Shown one piece after another: positions 57,432 through 64,000 of a stretch of DNA of 64,000 nt. The notes beneath the pieces were generated by a model, which did not search any database, was not told the DNA's origin, and saw only the letters and a program-made list of their open reading frames with translations. A program made the position numbers and the translations under genes. The stretch comes from Eledone cirrhosa. Taxonomy: Eukaryota. The stretch covers positions 85,126,001-85,190,000 of the forward strand of contig OZ024742.1 of NCBI GenBank assembly GCA_964016885.1. The letters run 5' to 3'. Numbering within the stretch: position 1 is the stretch's first letter; every line of letters starts with the position of its first letter.

Positions 57432-57616
57432 CAATATAAACAGTTTTATAGATAAATAGATTCGACATACCGTAACAACATCGACTTGTATTTGAAAAAG
57501 TTGAATTGGCAATTCAACTTTTGGCAATTCAACTTTTGGCAATTCAACTTTTTCAAATACAAGTCGATGTTGTTACGGTATGTCGAATCTATTTATCTAT
57601 AAACCTGTCTATATTG

Positions 57617-57682
57617 TATTTTGTCTGAGGAAGGCATAGCATATTGTTAATATGATATCCCTGAAATATATATAATGAAATA
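57617..57682 (+). ncRNA. Type I hammerhead ribozyme
   Basis: TATTTTGT-CTGAGGA-AGG..CATATT/AATATG..CCT-GAAA-TATATA-TA-ATGAAATA; 8-bp stem I with two G-U pairs. Confidence 0.82.
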
Positions 57683-57790
57683 AATATGGTTTTATAAATA
57701 TAGTTTCCATTTATTTAATATTGTATATATATATATATATATTTATGAAAGACGTAAAATAACAAAATTATAAAAATCAACTTACTTACT

Positions 57791-58757
57791 AAAAGCACAT
57801 TATTTAGCATACAATAAACCAGACCTTAGATATTTCTCCGAGGTGAAATGACTTAAATTTTTCTGGGTGCCTATTGAGAATCACAGAAAATTAATTATTT
57901 CACAACTAATTAATTATGTCAATATTATACCATCCCTTGTGAAACAGGTTTACGTTTTGAGTTTCGGACTGATCTACGGAAAAGGTTTGAATTTTGAAAT
58001 TTAAACGTGTATAGGCACCAGGCCATTGCCGATATACGTCTGTGAGTATAGATATATTATTTTTTAGATCGATAGAGGCAGACTATATGTATTTGAATTA
58101 AGATATTTTATTCTAGTAAAATAATTGTAAATTTACAGTAAAAACACATAAATGTTCTCATATATTTATTTATATTAACTTATATTGTACTGCTCAGAAA
58201 TGCTTCTTTCTTAGATCTGATTAATTGTAATTGACCCCTGAGTGTAAACTATAAATTATATAATACAAACTGCTCCCCCAGTAGAGCTGAATTCGTAATC
58301 CCATATAAACGGCTGTTATTTCTAGCGCCATGAGTATGAACTAGAATGCAGGAAGTAACCGTGTGCAAAAGCACATGTATTTAGCATACGATAAACCAGA
58401 CCTTAGATATTTCTCCGAGGTGAAATGACTTTAATTTTTCTGGGTGCCTATTGAGAATCACAGAAAATTAATTATTTCACAACTAATTAATTATGTCAAT
58501 ATTATACCATCCCTTGTTAAGCAGGTTTACGTTTTGAGTTTGGACTGATCTACGGAAAAGGTTTGAATTTTGAAATTTAAACTTGTATAGGCACCAGGCC
58601 ATTGCCGATATACGTCTGTGAGTATAGATATATTATCTTTTAGATCGATACAGGCAGACTATATGTATTTAAATTAAGATATTTCATTCTAGTAAATTAA
58701 TTGTCAATTTACAGTAAAAACACATAAGTGTTCTCATATATTTATTTATATTAACTT
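57791..58757. repeat. 577-bp tandem repeat (~1.7 units) between (TA)n tracts
   Basis: TATTTAGCATAC at 57801 and 58378, continuous similarity for ~380 bp. Confidence 0.9.
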
Positions 58758-58778
58758 ATATATACATATATATATATG

Positions 58779-58813
<35 letters not shown>

Positions 58814-58844
58814 GTATATATATATAAATGTATACATATATATG

Positions 58845-58951
<107 letters not shown>

Positions 58952-58988
58952 GCATATATATATATGTATATATATATATATGTATATA

Positions 58989-59102
<114 letters not shown>

Positions 59103-59538
59103 GTTAAAAGAATAGAGGTGTAACACAAAAGTTAATATATATTGGTAAACGGAAGAGAAAATGCTGACAAATTGTTCACAGTTGAAAAATGGTTTAATTA
59201 GGAATAAAAGAGTATTAGTAATTGTATGGGTTAGTATTCAGTTGTGGTTTTAAGTTTTTAAGTTTTTACCGGTTGCTCATTTCTAAATGCTTTCAAAAAT
59301 AATTTTGAGATAGAGTGTCCGTGTTGTTTGCTCTGATCTGAACAAACAACACGGACACTCTATCTCAAAATTATTTTTGAAAGCATTTAGAAATGCGCAA
59401 CCGGTAAAAACTTAAAAACTTAAAACCACAACTGAATATTAACCCATACAATTACTAATACTCTTTTATTCCTAATTAAACCATTTTTCAACTGTGAACA
59501 ATTTGTCAACATTTTCTATTCCGTTTACCAATATATAT
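59103..59538. mobile_element. Fold-back element; arms 59135-59330 / 59343-59538, plus a left extension
   Basis: Near-perfect ~195-bp inverted repeat, (TA)n flanks; related to 60890-60965. Confidence 0.85.
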
Positions 59539-59553
59539 ATATATATATATTTA

Positions 59554-59741
59554 TAGTAACGAGTAGGACATCGACGGCTGAGCTCAAGCCGTTTGGACGG
59601 CTAATGGTCCAAAATTAGCCGTCGAAACGGCTTGAGCTCAGCCGTCGGGGTCCTACTCGTTCCTATTACCCACTCTACTACCCTAATATTGAGTACTTTG
59701 GTGCGTTGTGGTCTATCTAGTACCTTACCACATTTCCTTCG

Positions 59742-59742
<1 letters not shown>
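59554..59742. mobile_element. Short fold-back element with an HHR 3' half
   Basis: Arms 59554-59605 / 59614-59665; GACGGCTAAT/ATTAGCCGTC-GAAA-CGGCT..AGCCG-TC. Confidence 0.75.
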
Positions 59743-59804
<62 letters not shown>

Positions 59805-59820
59805 TGTATATATATATATG

Positions 59821-59875
<55 letters not shown>

Positions 59876-60068
59876 GGGTCTCTGAACATGAAAAGGAGAA
59901 ACATATACCTAATCTAAAATAAGGGGCAAGCTATAAAAAATTATCGATATATAAAATGCGATATGTTATTACCATATCTGAACTATGTGTCTCTTCTCTA
60001 AAAGGTTAAACTAAATGTAATCTGAGCTAGCAGTAGTTTCGCAACTCAAATGTCAACGTTTCACTACG

Positions 60069-60104
<36 letters not shown>

Positions 60105-60229
60105 GTAGGAGATGAGTTTTATTGTAGCACAATAAAGCAGTGCAAATATCGGATAAGTATCACTCAACAGTTTATGGGACTGGAGTAAAAAATAATATAA
60201 AATCAAAAGATGGTTAAAAGAGTTCGATG

Positions 60230-60300
60230 TATTTTATTATTCGCATTTCAAAAACAAATAACATCATGGCAGGATATTTGCGTTCTCATCAGATAAAATA
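60230..60300 (-). ncRNA. Type I hammerhead ribozyme
   Basis: Minus strand TATTTTAT-CTGATGA-stem II-GAAA-TGCGAA-TA-ATAAAATA. Confidence 0.8.
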
Positions 60301-60419
60301 CTGAGACATGATATGAAGCTTAAAAGACACATGAAGCATAAAAGACACTTGCGAGCAGTGAAGTTGATTTAACACTTCACTGCTCGCAAGTGTCTTTTAA
60401 GCTTCATATCATGTATCAC

Positions 60420-60490
60420 TATTTTATCTGATGAGAACGCAAATATCATCCCATGATGATATTTGTTTATGGAATGCGCATAATAAAATA
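60420..60490 (+). ncRNA. Hammerhead ribozyme motif with a GAAA>GGAA mutation
   Basis: TATTTTAT-CTGATGA-..CAAATATCATC/GATGATATTTG..-GGAA-TGCGCA-TA-ATAAAATA. Confidence 0.7.
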
Positions 60491-60520
60491 CATGGAACTC
60501 TTTTAACCATCTTTTGATTT

Positions 60521-60617
<97 letters not shown>

Positions 60618-60673
60618 TATATATATATTTATATATATATATATATATGTATATGTATGCATATATATATATG

Positions 60674-60799
<126 letters not shown>

Positions 60800-60805
60800 A
60801 CACAC

Positions 60806-60870
<65 letters not shown>

Positions 60871-61019
60871 CGTGCGTGCGTGTGTGTGAGAAACACCATA
60901 CACGCTCCATCTCAATTCTACTTTTGAAAAGCACAAGAACTGCGAAACCGGTAAAGGAACCAAATAAATATATATTTTTTTAAAAAGACACCAGTTGGAT
61001 GTTCGATTTGATCTTTGTT

Positions 61020-61065
<46 letters not shown>

Positions 61066-63242
61066 CCGTAGTTTAACTCTTTTTCTCTCCCTTTTCCATT
61101 TATGCTACATTTGAAATGTGAGTTGCTATTTATTTAAAATAACATTGCGTAGTGGAATGGTACATTTTGCTCAGCAACATTATTTCTTTTTTTAATTTAG
61201 AGAATAGACACATGGTAATAACATATCGAATATTATATGTCGATTATCCGTTATAGTTTGCCCCATATTTTAGATTAGGTATATATTTCTCCTTTTCATA
61301 TTCAGATACCCATATGGCGTACAATTCGTGTCTATATAAATGTGCAATGAAAATAAAATTTGGATTCCTAAGCATTCTACAGAGTATGTTTCTTTTTGAC
61401 GTTTATTATTTTTTTTGTGGATATACAATTCTTATATATTTGTAGTATAGCCTTAATCTTATTATTGGTTATGTTTTTGTCCTTGTTTTTGCAGCTTCCT
61501 CTGCATTTAAGAATTGAATATATATGTTAGCTTATGTTACGTAGTGCAAAGTAGTGTGGTGCATTTATATTTCAAATATATCTTTTTGTTGTCGAATATA
61601 TTGGCACAGCATGAATAATTTCAATATATGGACGAATGTTATTGTTATACCTCAATATCTTCCGCCTCACGGAATTATCAACATATAGTATCAGAATTTG
61701 TACTTACTGATAAGGTTAAAACAATTTCTACATTTTTGAAATATGATAAACCTATTGCAAGGAAACATTATTGCCACCAGTTATCCAGTATTTCAAAGTG
61801 AATAACGCTATTTGTTTTAGTGTGCGATCGGTGCTGATTCTGGCAGATACATTTTAACATTTGATATAAGGAAAATATGTCAAAAACCGGGATATACAAC
61901 AGGGCGCCTTTTTAACAAAATATTTATTTGGAATATGCTGCAAAATATACATCTTAAAAAGCTTGTACAATTCCAGAACTAACACATATATGCGGAAAAC
62001 ATGAAATCATCACAGAAATAATATTTTCTATCATATTAAACGTATAATCTGCAAACACCAGAGAAAAGAAATTATGACATTTGACGAATAAAACTGACAT
62101 ATAAACTCTAATGTATTATTTAAATTTCGAGTTGGAAATAAATTTAAAATAAATTCACATTTCTTTATAAAACAACTGTTGTGAACGAAGCTTGGCCTAC
62201 TACCTAATGTAGACTTACATACCCAAAGAAAAATGTGAATTGCTTTGATATTTTAACGAATACTTTTTTAATTATGTTTGGAAATAATAACGAACATTTC
62301 ATAACATATTCTTCATGGACACAAAACGATTTTTTAATATTCATCTGATATAGGTAGACATTTATCTAATATGCATCTCTTCATCGCCATACACTCAACT
62401 GTGTATATATATATTCTTGCTCAATCCAACACAAATTATATCCACGCACTTCTACAAATCAATATATTCTATCTACTGGGCTCTCCCTCACTTTTCACCT
62501 AACATCATCATCTCTCCGGCTAACTACCCGTCCTGCATTTTGAATCACTAACACAATTTAATTTAGTTTAGCCCTTTCACTGATCTCTTAATTTTAGTTT
62601 TTTAAATCAAGTACTAAACTATTTAATATGAATTATTTGCGTACATAGCAACACCATGATGATATCATTAGATCAATTGAACATTTAATTATTGATCTAT
62701 CATGTGTATTCGAGCCTTTCAAATTTACCTAATTATCCATCAACACAAATAACTTTATATCTAGTTTGCTGGTAAAAATCGATGATACCGAAATTGCAGC
62801 CCGTACGAATATATAACTAATCTCCATCTCCCGATAAAGTGAAATACTGCAACTGAATAACTACGCACATACTCTGCATGAAGAGAATATATCATTAAGT
62901 ATTAAGTTTGCTAAAAATTCTATGATTCATCCCCTGATAATTCCTCTTGAAAATCGCTAGTATATAACAATCAGAATAACAAATACTTGGTTTTGAGTTA
63001 GTAATACCATAGAAACACATCATTATATGAGCTAGGGCTACTGATACACACAATAAATCATCAAAGCAAGCTGTCTATACGTGTTATAATTGTTTCTGCC
63101 ACTCCATCTCCTGTTAATCAATCTAGCTCATCTGAAAATAGCAAACCGAATACAATTTCAAAGTAGATACACTGATGAAACAATCCCTACTTATTTTCCA
63201 CATAATTACATTTCTGGTTATATTCCCCTTCAGGCTACGCAG

Positions 63243-63336
63243 TAGTTTTTCTAGACATACACCAATCCACATCAGTTAGTTTTTCTAGACATACACCAAT
63301 CCACATCAGTTAGTTTTCTAGACATACACCAATCCA
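63243..63336. repeat. 34-bp tandem repeat (~2.8 units)
   Basis: TAGTTTTTCTAGACATACACCAATCCACATCAGT repeated head-to-tail with no spacers. Confidence 0.9.
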
Positions 63337-64000
63337 TATCCTCTCTAACAGCATGTATCTTCAAACTAACGTATTGCACAACATTATGAGAGGTGTTTTG
63401 ATTCCGTAGACAGTAAGCTGTGATGCAAAGATAATGTGACTGCTATGTCGAGCGGGATATAGCGTTCGGAATACTGTGATGAATGTGTTGCTACCTTCGT
63501 CATCTCTCAAGGCCATCAAAGAACAATGTACACTCTACAATAGCAACGCAAAATATAGATATTACAAACTGAAAATAATTACGTTAAAGTTTTATGTTAT
63601 TTATATTATGCAATATGAAATATCATTCAGAACATTACTGTACACAGCTGTATGATTTGTCGCATCACTGAACTCTACTATAAAATGTTATAGTTCATGC
63701 TTATCGAGGAACATTGCCCGAAAAACATGTATTACATTGACACACACATTTGTACACATATCTGCATAGAACCAAGCATACATGTATATTTTTATACATA
63801 CATATATTCTCACTTATACGCACACAAATATATATATATGTGTGTAAAATGTAAACAGAAAAATCAAAGATAATAACACAATAAATTGAAAAAAATACAT
63901 TAATTCAACGCTTGAAATGATAGGAAAAGTGCTTAAATCTTCGGATACTAGTACTTCATTAGAAGACAAAATGACTAATTCAAGATTGAATAGATAGATA

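Larger units (their letters stand above)
57237..57725. mobile_element. Fold-back element with two complete HHRs; arms 57323-57507 / 57541-57725, plus a left extension
   Basis: Near-perfect ~185-bp inverted repeat; centre (TTGGCAATTCAACTT)x3; (TA)n flanks. Confidence 0.9.
60104..60528. mobile_element. Fold-back element with two HHRs; arms ~60192-60364 / 60374-60528, plus a left extension
   Basis: Diverged inverted repeat, (TA)n flanks. Confidence 0.85.

Noticed and set aside
62400-63200. Possible ancient CR1/L2 LINE remnant on the minus strand
   Set aside because: Only a vague compositional resemblance; cannot be supported without an HMM search
63243-63336. 34-bp repeats as CRISPR
   Set aside because: Head-to-tail repeats with no spacers

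Overview
AT-rich eukaryotic DNA, probably intronic or intergenic. The SINE sequences and the dense (TA)n/(CA)n microsatellites resemble Octopus/cephalopod genomes, but that assignment is an inference. No intact host gene is recognisable, and nearly all listed ORFs are microsatellite artefacts. Decayed autonomous-type elements: a 5'-truncated Penelope-like element (PLE; RT plus GIY-YIG, Naiad-like; 6321-8285), a Helitron with both termini (13486-19624, minus), two Tx1/L1-clade LINEs plus a 3' tail fragment with junctions at (ATCT)n (20880-23668 minus; 48407-54219 plus) and an RTE LINE remnant. Also present: three copies of a ~610-bp RTE-derived non-autonomous element, four tRNA-derived SINEs and two MITE-like elements. 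The main unexplained signal is 17 type-I hammerhead ribozyme (HHR) motifs (15 with an intact CUGANGA/GAAA core, 2 degenerate) from about 10 unrelated sequence families, plus several half-motifs. They lie in non-coding elements bounded by (TA)n. Many of these elements are head-to-head fold-backs with one extended arm, and one is a 688-bp HHR-containing tandem array (retrozyme-like, 26152-29528). All structures were read by eye and none was computed or searched.
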